A DNA stretch of 64,000 nucleotides from Planctomycetota bacterium (GTDB lineage Bacteria > Planctomycetota > GCA-002687715 > CAIWVZ01), in contig JBGANV010000003.1 of assembly GCA_044222185.1 (NCBI GenBank), positions 256,001 through 320,000 of the forward strand, in the 5' to 3' direction. A program made the position numbers and the translations under genes. The notes under the pieces are model-generated. The model worked only from the letters and a program-made list of their open reading frames with translations, was not told the DNA's origin and did no database searches. Shown piece after piece: positions 1 to 9,294 of this stretch. Numbering within the stretch: position 1 is the stretch's first letter; the number at the start of each line of letters is the position of its first letter.

Positions 1-2
1 GC

Positions 3-245
3 GGGCTCTTCGGGCTGAGCTTCGGACCGGGATCGGGTGACCCGCTCTCGCAGTTGTTCCTGCCGATCAACTTCCCGCCGTTCCACGTCAACGCGGACTC
101 GGGCGGTTCCTACAACCTCGGAATCCCGACGTCGGGCATCTGCCCGGGCGTATCGCTGTCGGTCGAGGCCGTGACGATCGCGGTGACCGGTACGACCATC
201 AACGGGGTCACGCCCACCTCGGGATGCGTGCCGCTGAATCTGTGA
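3..245 (+). CDS. 3' end of a secreted/surface protein (partial, runs off window start)
   Basis: Frame is open from position 3 (GLFGLSFGPGSGDPLSQLFLP...) to TGA at 243-245; Gly/Pro/Thr-rich beta-type C-terminus; followed by a terminator. Confidence 0.7.
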   Translation, partial: GLFGLSFGPGSGDPLSQLFLPINFPPFHVNADSGGSYNLGIPTSGICPGVSLSVEAVTIAVTGTTINGVTPTSGCVPLNL

Positions 246-286
246 TGAAGCGGTAAGCCCGCTCCTCACGTTTCAATGATCGCCGG

Positions 287-320
287 ACGGCCGCCCTCCT
301 CGGGGCGGCCGTTTTCGTTT
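287..320 (+). terminator. Rho-independent terminator
   Basis: Stem ACGGCCGCCC (287-296) / GGGCGGCCGT (303-312) followed by TTTCGTTT; lies between convergent genes. Confidence 0.8.
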
Positions 321-331
321 CGCCGGGGCGT

Positions 332-796
332 TCACTGCACGAGCATCTGGCGAATGAAGATCTGCTCCACGCGCCCGGTCTTCTCCGGGAACACGGTGGA
401 CTGGACGTGGTCGAGGATCTCGTGTTTCAAGAGGAGGAGGTTCTCCTTGCCCTCGATCTCGCGCTGGGTCTTGTTCGACAGCAGCATCGTCAGTTCGTCC
501 TTCAGGGCCATCTCGGCCTTGGTGAAGGGCGCCTTGGGATCGGGTTCCTCGGCGCCGACCTGGTATCCGATGCCGATGCCGATGACGAGGTAGCGCTGGC
601 CCTCGGTCCCCTTCAGGTTGACCGTCAGATCCTTCAGCTCGTACTGCTGGATTCCGGACGTGTAATACGCGTCCGTTCCACGCTTCGACTTCCAGTCGAC
701 GTGCTCTTCGTGGTGGCCGGCCTTGCCCGCGACGACGACCGCCGCCAGACCGAGAACGACGACGGCTGCGCCGCCGATGATGATCATCTTCTTCAT
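332..796 (-). CDS. fliL: Flagellar basal body-associated protein FliL
   Basis: N-terminal TM helix (MKKMIIIGGAAVVVLGLAAVVVA), DLTVNL...RYL motif, C-terminal IFIRQMLVQ; ATG at 796 preferred over GTG at 811. Confidence 0.88.
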   Translation of the reverse strand: MKKMIIIGGAAVVVLGLAAVVVAGKAGHHEEHVDWKSKRGTDAYYTSGIQQYELKDLTVNLKGTEGQRYLVIGIGIGYQVGAEEPDPKAPFTKAEMALKDELTMLLSNKTQREIEGKENLLLLKHEILDHVQSTVFPEKTGRVEQIFIRQMLVQ

Positions 797-856
797 GTCA
801 CGCCCTTGCACTCACCGCGAAACCGGGACGCCTGCCGGAAAAAGTCCTCATCCTCC

Positions 857-885
857 CTATCGCCTAAATTGCGTGCGTCGGTGAA
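857..885 (-). promoter_or_regulatory. Possible sigma28 (FliA)-like promoter of fliL
   Basis: Minus strand TTCAC-N16-GGCGATAG; weak match to TAAA-N15-GCCGATAA. Confidence 0.3.
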
Positions 886-977
886 GGCGCGAGCCCGCCC
901 GGTTGGCCAGCGGGGTCCGGAGAAGCCGCTGCAGACGATTCCTTCTTCACGACGCGCCTCAGGCGCGGGTGGGCCGA

Positions 978-3900
978 TCAGGGAATCCGCACGCGAATGA
1001 GGGACGGTTCATGGGCGGGGACTTCGACCTGCGCGTCGGCCCACGTCGCGCTGCCATGGGTCACCACCACGCGCCAGGACCCCGGGATCGCGGGCAGCGT
1101 GAGCTTCGTTGGGCACTCCATGCCGGCGAAGCGGATGAGCGGCTGGTCGTGCCACACGACGCCGGCTGCGTCTTCGACCCGCATGCGGACCCCGGGGAAC
1201 CGCGCGCGCAGGATCGGATCGGTAGCGCTCAGGAGCGTTCCGTCGGCGTTGCTCCGATACTCGAACGCCAGCGCCATGGGCGTCGTCGCGAGGATCCGGA
1301 GCTCGACGCTCCGCGCGCCCACCGCGTCGACCGTGATCCGCGAGGGTGCCGAGACCCGGAACTCCGTTCGGCTGACCGCCCGCGCCATCACCCACCAGTC
1401 GCCCGGCTCCAGCCCGCGGACGGAGAACGCGCCGTCGGCCGCCACGGCGACCTCCGTCGACCGCCCCTCGACGGCTGCGCGACGGACGACGACCGACACC
1501 GTGCCTCCGGGGACCGCTCCGTCGGCATCGAGCACGTGGCCTGCGAGCGATCCACCGACTCCCAGCCTGACGGCCACGTCGATGATGGGGCGCGAGCCAT
1601 CGACGACGATCCCGTCTCGTGCCACGCGCATGGCGTGCGGCGCCCACACATGAACCGTCCACGTCCCGACGGGCGTGCCTCGGAACTCCACGATGCCAGG
1701 CCCGGTCACCTGCCCGACGCGGCCGCCCCCCGACCCGGAGACGAGTTCCGCTTCCAGCCCCGCGAGAACGGGATCGCCCGTCGTTCCATCCGTGACCGTC
1801 ACCCTCACCGTCGCGGTCGGCGTTGCCGTCGCACCAATCGTGAGCACGATCGGCGCCGAACTCGGAGAGATCTCGAACGTCTTCCACGCTGGCCCGACCC
1901 CATCCGCTTGCGCGCAGAGCTCGATGGGACCCGGCGCGAGGTCCTCGATGCGAAACTGCCCACGGGCATCGCTGGCCAGGTATCGCAGTCCCATCCGACG
2001 GCCCGTCTCAGCTTCGGCCTTCGGCGAACCGCGCGCCATCACGACGGCTCCCGCCACGGGCTCCCCCGCCGCCGTGACCACGGACCCGGAGACGACGAGC
2101 CCCCGCGACAGCACGATCCGCAAAGGAGCGCCCGCGGCGCCCATGGGAACGTCCGTCGTCACGAACCCGCTGGCACTCGCCCGCACGGTGTCGGCCGCGA
2201 CGGCCTCGCCGCTCGTCGTTCCGCTGATGGATGCGGATGCGCGGTGCCCGCGATCGACCACGATGGTGAATCCGCCGGCCGCGTCCGTCAGCACCGTGGA
2301 GGGCCACGACTGCGCTTCGATGCGAGCGCCGGCGATCGGCGTCCCCGCCTCGTCGACGACCGCTCCGCTGACGCGATCACGCCCCATGGTGAAGACGAGA
2401 TCGGGGGCCTCGATGTCGCGTCCCGTCGCTGGAACGAGGAGTTTCGGGTGGCCGGGCAGGGACGTATCGCAGCCGCAGGCCGTCAGGCGAATGCTGGTCG
2501 ACGAGGCGCGCGGAACCGCGACGGTCGCGTGTTCGTAACGACCCTCCGCATCCGTGACCGCGGCACCGCCGAGGGGCCCGCCTTCGCCGGGAACGATCCG
2601 GCCCTCGTCACCATCCGCCTCGTCGTCGGGGGCGGCGAACACGCGGACGCCGGCCACCGGTCGGCCGTCGGGATCGACCACGCGACCCGTGATCCGCAGG
2701 CAGGCGCCCAATGCGATCGACACCTGCTGCACCTCCCGCTCGCCATCCGGCATCACCACGGGACACGAACGCGGCGCGTGCCCTGGCGCGATGGCGGCGA
2801 CGCCTCCGATGACGCGTCGGCCATTGACGAACCGTGAGCTGAGCGCGGGCAGCTTGATGCCCGCCACCTCGACCGGGATCCGATCGAACCGGTACCGGCC
2901 GTCGGCGTCGGCCCGGGTCCGCTGTGCGATCCGACTGCCGAACGCGTTGCGGACTCCGACGCCGCGGATGTACCGGGTCCCTTGCGGGCCGTCCGCCATC
3001 CAGAAAACCACGTCGGCGCCCCCGATCGGTCGACCCGACGTGCGATCGAAGACGACGCCCTCCACGACGCCTCCCCGCGCGAGCACCACGTCGAGCGTCA
3101 CGACGCCCGAAGAATGCGCGGGCTGGGGCCGGAGCGGCCGGGCTTGTGGCGCGAACCCCGGCGCATCGAACGCGACGTGCGCGTCGCCGGTCGGCTCGAG
3201 GGCCGTCGCCGGCACTCCGTCCACCGAGTAGGTCCCGTCCGCGGCCGTCGTCGTGCGCGACGTGACCGGGGTCCATCCCACCATCGTCCGGTAGGTGACG
3301 GTCGCGTCGGCGATCGGGTGCCCGCCCAGGTCGGAAACGACCCCGCGGATCCGGAATGCGGCCTGGAGCACGATCGTCGTCTCGATCCCATCGGCGCGCA
3401 CGAGATCCTTGATCCCCACGGCGAACCCATCGGCCGTCGCGAGCACGTCGAACGCTCGCGCCGCAGACGGCGCCGTGATGACGAATCGCCCCGAGGCGTC
3501 CGTCACGGCGGTCGCGAGAGGAGGCGACGGCTCGCGCTCGGCGGCGCCGATCGCCACGGGAGGCCGCCGACCGGAAGCGAAGACCGAGAGCCGCGCGCCG
3601 GAGATCGGTGCGCCCCTGAGGTCGACCACTCGACCGAGGATCGCGCCCCGCTCGTCGAGCGTCGCCGCGGTCACGGAGACCGGGCGCACGACCGGTCCGT
3701 CCGGCGCCGCCGGAGTCGTCGCGGGGCTCGGCGGCATCGCCGCGTCATCGGCCGCGTCATCGGCCGCGTCGGCCGTCCGTCCGACGAGCGGCGACGGCGT
3801 CGGCGAAGCCATGAGGCCCCACCAGGCCGTGAGTCCGAGCAAGACGACCCCGAACAGCACGAGGAGCTTCTTCATCGTCACGACTCCGGCCGTTCCGGCC

Positions 3901-4511
3901 GCGGCCAGCGAAATCCCTCCGTCGACGGACGCCGACGTGAGCACGTCGACGGCGCGACCCGTGGTCCGTCCGAGCGCTGGAAGGAACGCGAGCGCCAGCG
4001 GCACGCGCTCGGATCCGCCGATGCGATCGAGCGTGGCGCCGAGCCGCCGTCGCGCTTCGTGCACGCGCCGTCCGATCGTGCCCACCTTGCAGTCGAGGAC
4101 CCGCGCCACGGCGGCGTGATCCAGGCCCTCGTCGTACACGAGGTGGAGCAGCGCCCGATCGGCCGGTGACGACCGAGCGAGGCCGGCCTCGATCCACTCG
4201 CGGAGGTCCCTCAGCCTCGACGGGTCGGGGCCGGCGACGTCGAGGAACCCGTCCTGGTCCCCCAGGCTCAGGGCGGCGGGCCGCCGCGAGTCATCGACGA
4301 TCCTGTGCCAGGCGATCCTCAGCGCGTAGGCGACGGGGCGATCCGGCGCCATGCCGTCCCGGCATTTCTCCAACAGAGCGAGCACGACCGCGGACGTCAG
4401 ATCCTCGACACGATCCGGGCCGACGAGCCGCCGCACGAACCGCCGCACGGGATCGCGCACGGCCAAGAGGACCTGATCCACGCGCGGGTCTGCTGTCGGG
4501 GTTCGCGCCAT
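978..4511 (-). CDS. ECF sigma factor fused via a TM helix to repeated carboxypeptidase-regulatory-like (beta-sandwich) domains
   Basis: N-terminal sigma region 2 (VEDLTSAVVL...YALRIAWHRIVDDSRR) and region 4 (EGLDHAAVARVLDCKVGTIGRRVHEARRRL); TM helix; about 7 repeats of 'G-V-D--G-P--GA-V...TDA-G-F'. Confidence 0.85.
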   Translation of the reverse strand: MARTPTADPRVDQVLLAVRDPVRRFVRRLVGPDRVEDLTSAVVLALLEKCRDGMAPDRPVAYALRIAWHRIVDDSRRPAALSLGDQDGFLDVAGPDPSRLRDLREWIEAGLARSSPADRALLHLVYDEGLDHAAVARVLDCKVGTIGRRVHEARRRLGATLDRIGGSERVPLALAFLPALGRTTGRAVDVLTSASVDGGISLAAAGTAGVVTMKKLLVLFGVVLLGLTAWWGLMASPTPSPLVGRTADAADDAADDAAMPPSPATTPAAPDGPVVRPVSVTAATLDERGAILGRVVDLRGAPISGARLSVFASGRRPPVAIGAAEREPSPPLATAVTDASGRFVITAPSAARAFDVLATADGFAVGIKDLVRADGIETTIVLQAAFRIRGVVSDLGGHPIADATVTYRTMVGWTPVTSRTTTAADGTYSVDGVPATALEPTGDAHVAFDAPGFAPQARPLRPQPAHSSGVVTLDVVLARGGVVEGVVFDRTSGRPIGGADVVFWMADGPQGTRYIRGVGVRNAFGSRIAQRTRADADGRYRFDRIPVEVAGIKLPALSSRFVNGRRVIGGVAAIAPGHAPRSCPVVMPDGEREVQQVSIALGACLRITGRVVDPDGRPVAGVRVFAAPDDEADGDEGRIVPGEGGPLGGAAVTDAEGRYEHATVAVPRASSTSIRLTACGCDTSLPGHPKLLVPATGRDIEAPDLVFTMGRDRVSGAVVDEAGTPIAGARIEAQSWPSTVLTDAAGGFTIVVDRGHRASASISGTTSGEAVAADTVRASASGFVTTDVPMGAAGAPLRIVLSRGLVVSGSVVTAAGEPVAGAVVMARGSPKAEAETGRRMGLRYLASDARGQFRIEDLAPGPIELCAQADGVGPAWKTFEISPSSAPIVLTIGATATPTATVRVTVTDGTTGDPVLAGLEAELVSGSGGGRVGQVTGPGIVEFRGTPVGTWTVHVWAPHAMRVARDGIVVDGSRPIIDVAVRLGVGGSLAGHVLDADGAVPGGTVSVVVRRAAVEGRSTEVAVAADGAFSVRGLEPGDWWVMARAVSRTEFRVSAPSRITVDAVGARSVELRILATTPMALAFEYRSNADGTLLSATDPILRARFPGVRMRVEDAAGVVWHDQPLIRFAGMECPTKLTLPAIPGSWRVVVTHGSATWADAQVEVPAHEPSLIRVRIP

Positions 4512-4646
4512 GTGCTCGACTCATCCTACAGACGGTCGGCGCGGCGGATCCTTCGCTCGGCTCGCCGAAAACCGACGACCCGTCCGCTCTCGATCAGCTT
4601 TCGGTGAGCGACGTCGTTCCGCCCGATGACTCCGCCGGGGCGGCGC

Positions 4647-5399
4647 TCAACGCACCGCGAGCCAGTACACGCTGGACGCGCTCACGTGGCCGCCCGGTAG
4701 GCCGATCACGACGCCCACCGGCGAACCGCCCGCCGGGGCGAGCCCATCGCCAGCAGGCAAGGGCATCCACAGCCGGCTCACGCGGTAGCTCCCGTTGGGC
4801 GCACCGATGTCCTCCTCCGTGACGAGGCACCCATCGACCCCGTCGGTCGCCGCGAACGTGCCGAGCGGCGTCCCGTCCTTGTCCACGAAGGTGATGCGCG
4901 CCGAGCGGATCGCCGGCGGCAGCAACGCGAGGACCCCACGGGGCCGCGCCTCGAACGGGCCGGCGGGCTCCAGGCACACGGGCGTCCCGCCCGCGAGCGT
5001 CACGCGCCACAACTCGGTCTGCGCCGTGCGATCGCCGTCCGTGCCGGTCGTGCGCCGCGGCATGAAGGCCATGATGCCGAGCGCCGCGATGCCGCAGAGG
5101 AAGAGGATCCGCTTGTTGCGCGCCTTGACGTAGGCAGGGTCCAGGCGGCGTACGGGCTGCGACGCCTCCGGCTCCGCTTCGACGCTCGGTTCGTCCATCG
5201 GATCGACGGACTCGGGGCGCACCCATTCGGCGGCGTGGCCGTGCTCGCCCCGACCGGGCTTCCACGACTCGGCGAGTTCGCGGAAGGCCGTGCGGCAGTC
5301 AGGGCACCCCCGGACGTGGGCGAGTGTCCGCGACGCGGCGCGATCCTCGACCTCGCCGCGGATCACCTTCCGAATGGTCCCTCGTTGCGGACACGACAT
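4647..5399 (-). CDS. Zinc-finger (ZAS-type, HxxxCxxC) anti-sigma-like membrane protein
   Basis: HVRGCPDC motif near the N-terminus, single TM helix (ILFLCGIAALGIMAFM), periplasmic C-terminus. Confidence 0.6.
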   Translation of the reverse strand: MSCPQRGTIRKVIRGEVEDRAASRTLAHVRGCPDCRTAFRELAESWKPGRGEHGHAAEWVRPESVDPMDEPSVEAEPEASQPVRRLDPAYVKARNKRILFLCGIAALGIMAFMPRRTTGTDGDRTAQTELWRVTLAGGTPVCLEPAGPFEARPRGVLALLPPAIRSARITFVDKDGTPLGTFAATDGVDGCLVTEEDIGAPNGSYRVSRLWMPLPAGDGLAPAGGSPVGVVIGLPGGHVSASSVYWLAVR

Positions 5400-5540
5400 G
5401 CTCCGACTTTCGGCAGGAAGCGGAGTCAAATCGGAGCCAGCGTGCGGGAAACCCGCCGCGCGGCCCTGGCGGAGCGCCGCCCCCCACCAGCCGTGTCCGA
5501 GGATGCATGCGGCGTCGCTCGGAAGTGCGGGCCCGCGGGA

Positions 5541-7028
5541 CTACTGCACGTGCGCCTTGAACTGAGCGGCCATCTCCTTGTCGATCCGCTTCACGAGATC
5601 CGGGGTCATCATGCTGCCGTGGTCGCCGGGCACGATCTCGACGACGGCGTCGGCGGAGATGTCGGCGAGGTCCTTCTTGAGCAGCTTCACGGCGCCCTCG
5701 AGATAGAAGGTGTCCATGTCGCCCATGTAGACGTGGATCTTGCCGTTGAGCTTGGGAGCGAGCGACTTCCACTGGGTCCGCAGCGTGAGACCGATGTCGA
5801 ACTTCTTCCAGGTCTCGGCCGTTGCTGTGTCGACCTCGCCCGTGTCCCGGTTCCAAAGCCGTCGCGGCTTGCCGTCCGCCATCTTCGGACTGAACACCAT
5901 CTCGAACGATTCGAGCTGTTCGCCGCGCAGCGGACGTTCCATGTCGCTGAACTGGCGGTAGGTCACCATGACTCGATCGCCCTGGCGTGCCAGCGGGCGC
6001 GGCTGGCCCGAGCCGTCGACGAACATGTTCGACCCCTTGGTGTAGAGGTCGATGCGCTGGAAGTCGCGGAAGTCCACGGGATCGGGGCTCGTGGACCAGC
6101 AGCCGCCGAAGACGTTCGGGTAGGTGACCTGCAACCACAGGCTCGACCAGCCGCCGCTCGAGTGGCCCGTGACGAAGCGAGCCTCGGGCCGGCCGATCCC
6201 GCGGAACTGCGCCTCCACGTGCGGGATGAGCTCGGTCGTCAATGCCGCGCCCCACGGCCCGTTGTTCTCGCTGTCGGCAAACACGCAGTGCCCGCCGGGA
6301 CACGACGGGTCGAGCAGCACGCGAATGAAGGGCTGTCCGTCACGCACCGTCCGCATGTCGCCCGAGCTCCCGCCCGCGCGCGAGTGATCGCCGCCGAATC
6401 CCGGGATCTCGTAGATCACGGGGAACTTCTGTTCGGGGCTCGCGAGCGACGCCTTCGGCAGGATCACGGCGCAGTTGATGGTCGTCGGTCGTCCGTAGAA
6501 AGCCGACAGGAGCTTCGACTCGAGGCGAACTTCCTTCGTTCGATCCGAGTCCTTGAACGGTCGGCGCACGATCGTTTGATCGCAGACGATCGCGACGACG
6601 CCGGACTTCGCGGGATCGAGGTCGAGTGACACGGTCTTGGAGTAGACGTTCCCCGCCGTCGCCCCGATGGACCGGCCTCCGAGGTTGCGATCGACGACGG
6701 CCTGGACGTTCCACTTGCCGGGCTTCAACGCCGACGGCTTGCCGGGAAACCCGATGGCGTTGCGATCGTCGATGATCATCGCCGCGCCTGGCGCGACGGC
6801 GGCGAAGTCTGCCGCATACATGGGCTCGGGACGAAACCAGTTCGGACCCCGCCGTGGCTCATCCGCCTGTTGTGAGAGGAACACGACGACGCGACCGGTG
6901 AACGGCGTCGAGAGCGCCGCGGTGGGCACGGTCACCGAGAACCCGAATGCCGGTCGCGACTCCTGCGCGATCGATCCGGCCACGACGACGGCGAGGGCGA
7001 AGAGGATGCGACGAATGGCTGCTGGCAT
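5541..7028 (-). CDS. Secreted alpha/beta-hydrolase (putative esterase family)
   Basis: Signal peptide; GHSSGG nucleophile elbow; GDMD and PGDHG acid/His motifs. Confidence 0.85.
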   Translation of the reverse strand: MPAAIRRILFALAVVVAGSIAQESRPAFGFSVTVPTAALSTPFTGRVVVFLSQQADEPRRGPNWFRPEPMYAADFAAVAPGAAMIIDDRNAIGFPGKPSALKPGKWNVQAVVDRNLGGRSIGATAGNVYSKTVSLDLDPAKSGVVAIVCDQTIVRRPFKDSDRTKEVRLESKLLSAFYGRPTTINCAVILPKASLASPEQKFPVIYEIPGFGGDHSRAGGSSGDMRTVRDGQPFIRVLLDPSCPGGHCVFADSENNGPWGAALTTELIPHVEAQFRGIGRPEARFVTGHSSGGWSSLWLQVTYPNVFGGCWSTSPDPVDFRDFQRIDLYTKGSNMFVDGSGQPRPLARQGDRVMVTYRQFSDMERPLRGEQLESFEMVFSPKMADGKPRRLWNRDTGEVDTATAETWKKFDIGLTLRTQWKSLAPKLNGKIHVYMGDMDTFYLEGAVKLLKKDLADISADAVVEIVPGDHGSMMTPDLVKRIDKEMAAQFKAHVQ

Positions 7029-7100
7029 GGGAGGTACCTCGGGCGAGGTCGCCGTTGTAGCTCCGTTTCCGGCGCTCCCCATTCACGACGGGTGGCGGTT

Positions 7101-7340
7101 CTACCAGAGGACGATGCGTCGCGCGGGAGTGAGGCCGTAGCCGAGGGGCACCGCGGAGTCGAAGACGCCCACGTGGGCGAAGACCATCACGCCGAACAGG
7201 GCGGGCAGGTTCGGCAGCGGAATCGGGAAGGTCGCCGCGCCCAGGGCATCGATGGTTGACTGCATCGCGAGCACCAGCGCCGACGAGCCTGGATCCAAGG
7301 GGACGCCGGCGGGCGCCGCGCTTCTTGGGCCGGCGTTCAC
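7101..7340 (-). pseudogene. Orphan C-terminal domain of a secreted protein (gene remnant or stand-alone small protein)
   Basis: 79-aa ORF (...IPLPNLPALFGVMVFAHVGVFDSAVPLGYGLTPARRIVLW) resembles the domain in 35850..37040; no signal peptide or upstream in-frame continuation. Confidence 0.4.
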
Positions 7341-7651
7341 AGGCCCACCGTCGGCGACGCGCGACTCCCGTCGCGCCCGTTCGAATCGCCGCCCTTACTC
7401 TGCACGCCAAGCGAGAGCGCGGTCCGTGGATGGACCGTCTCGGAAGTGCGTCGAGGTCCAGGCCCGACGAGGTCGAGGGGCAACCGTTTCCTGGCTGGCT
7501 TGCGATGGCGCGCCAATCCGGGAGTGCCAGACGGCCGTGATGCAGGGCGTCGATCCCGACGCGAAAACGCGAGGACGGGCGCGTCGACAACGGTCCACCC
7601 CACGCTCCGCGACGACGTTGCCGCCGTCGCACCGCCACCCCGCGCCGCGAC

Positions 7652-8572
7652 TCAGGGCAGGAACGTGATCACGACGGCTCGGCGACCCCAACGGTTCTGA
7701 GCGAGCGGAGGTGCACCCGCGCGGGTCGCCGCGCCGAGCGTCAACATGCCATGGGCGACGCAGCGTATACGCTTCTTGTTCACGCCACCGCGGACCAGGT
7801 AGTCCCGCACCGCCACGGCGCGAGCCTCCGAAATGTCCCAGCCGTCGTCGGGGCTCGCGCCTTCCTCGAACGCGTACCCGTCGATGCGGACCTCGAACGA
7901 CGCCGCGGAGATCCCGCGCGCCAGTTCGTCGAGGAACGACGCGTGTCCGCTCGTCAGCGCCGTCGAATCCTGGTCGAAGATCAGCGGAGCGGGCAGCGTA
8001 GACGAACCCTTCTTCGCCATGGCGTCGACGATCACCTTCCGCATGGTGTCGCGGTTCGAATCGAGGATGCGCCCGTCAGGCTCGGCGAGCGTCTTCGTGT
8101 TGATCGAGGCTCCAGGGCGATACACGACGCGCCCCGCGTGAAACTGCACCGGCACGTGCGCGCCCTTCATGCTCCCGAGCGACCCGATCGGAGAGATCCC
8201 CCGCTGGATGGACCCGAGGCCGTCCTCGAGGAGGATCCCCTGCTGCTTGGACGCGAAGGCCGTCAGCAGGATGAAGAAGCACATGAGATTCGTCATGGTG
8301 TCGGCGAACGACAGCAGCCACAGCGGAGCGCTCGGGCCGAAGTCGGGGTGGTGCTCGGCGTGCTTCTTGTGGTGGCCGTGGCCGCCGTGTCCCCCACCGT
8401 GCTCGCCACCATGCCCACCGTCGCCTCCATGTCCGCCGCCGTGACCGTCACCATGCCCGCCACCGCCGTGTTTCTCGGCGCCGTCCTTGTGCCCGGCATC
8501 GTGCTTGGCGGCGTGCCCGTCCTTCGGCTTGGCCGGCGCATGCTCCTTGGGGCTTGCGGGCGCAGCGCTCAC
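7652..8572 (-). CDS. motB: Flagellar stator protein MotB paralog 2 with His/Gly-rich N-terminus
   Basis: WLLSFADTMTNLMCFFILL stator TM motif with conserved Asp; C-terminal OmpA-like domain (ISEARAVAVRDYL). Confidence 0.85.
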   Translation of the reverse strand: MSAAPASPKEHAPAKPKDGHAAKHDAGHKDGAEKHGGGGHGDGHGGGHGGDGGHGGEHGGGHGGHGHHKKHAEHHPDFGPSAPLWLLSFADTMTNLMCFFILLTAFASKQQGILLEDGLGSIQRGISPIGSLGSMKGAHVPVQFHAGRVVYRPGASINTKTLAEPDGRILDSNRDTMRKVIVDAMAKKGSSTLPAPLIFDQDSTALTSGHASFLDELARGISAASFEVRIDGYAFEEGASPDDGWDISEARAVAVRDYLVRGGVNKKRIRCVAHGMLTLGAATRAGAPPLAQNRWGRRAVVITFLP

Positions 8573-9291
8573 TGGACCTGCCTGACGATCACGTCCACGC
8601 GACGGTTCTTGGCGCGACCCGCCGCCGTTTCATTCGACGCGATCGGATACGCAGAGCCCAGCGCCGTGAATCCGATCCTCGCCGGCTCGATGTCCGACGC
8701 CTTCGAGAGGAGCACGGAGACCTTCTGCGCCAGCGCCCGCGTGAGAGCGACGTCGTTGTCGTAGCTCGAGAACTTCCACGTGCGATCATCCGTGTGGGCC
8801 TCCACGATGAACTCGCACGGTTCGCCTCGGAAGAAGTTCCCGATCTCCTCGAGCACGATGGAGGCATCGGGACCGAGTTCGTCGCTACCGGGAACGAAGA
8901 GGGCGGGCTCGGCCAAGCTGACGTGCAAGCCGTCGGCGAGACGCTTCAGGTCGGGCTTCACGGAGTACTCGGCCGATTGGACCTTCTTCGACATCGCTTC
9001 GTCGAACTCCTTCTCGCGACGCTGCGAGCGCTCTTCGGGTCCAACGATGTCACGGGTCCCGTCCTGACCTGGGCGCCTCGCGACGAGCGCCGGGACTTCG
9101 CGGGTCGACTCGGATCCGAAGATGCCCGGATTGCCGGGCCGGAGGTTGCGCCCTCCGTCCGCCGCCGAGCCGGAACTCGAGGATGAGTATGTCGCCATGA
9201 GAATGAAGAAGATGACCAGGTTCGCGATCATGTCGGCGAACGAGATCACCCACAGCGGACAGCCCGGCCCATCACCACCGCCACCGCACAT
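8569..9291 (-). CDS. motB: Flagellar stator protein MotB paralog 1
   Basis: WVISFADMIANLVIFFILM TM motif; OmpA-like domain (VEAHTDD...NRRVDV). Confidence 0.9.
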   Translation of the reverse strand: MCGGGGDGPGCPLWVISFADMIANLVIFFILMATYSSSSSGSAADGGRNLRPGNPGIFGSESTREVPALVARRPGQDGTRDIVGPEERSQRREKEFDEAMSKKVQSAEYSVKPDLKRLADGLHVSLAEPALFVPGSDELGPDASIVLEEIGNFFRGEPCEFIVEAHTDDRTWKFSSYDNDVALTRALAQKVSVLLSKASDIEPARIGFTALGSAYPIASNETAAGRAKNRRVDVIVRQVQ

Positions 9292-9294
9292 GGT

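Noticed and set aside
3741-3775. 12-bp tandem repeat CGCGTCATCGGC
   Set aside because: Encodes a low-complexity AADDAADDAA linker; not a CRISPR or mobile repeat.
8340-8520. Repetitive CCACC/GCCGCC-rich DNA
   Set aside because: Explained by Gly/His codons of the MotB2 tail; no repeat-spacer structure.
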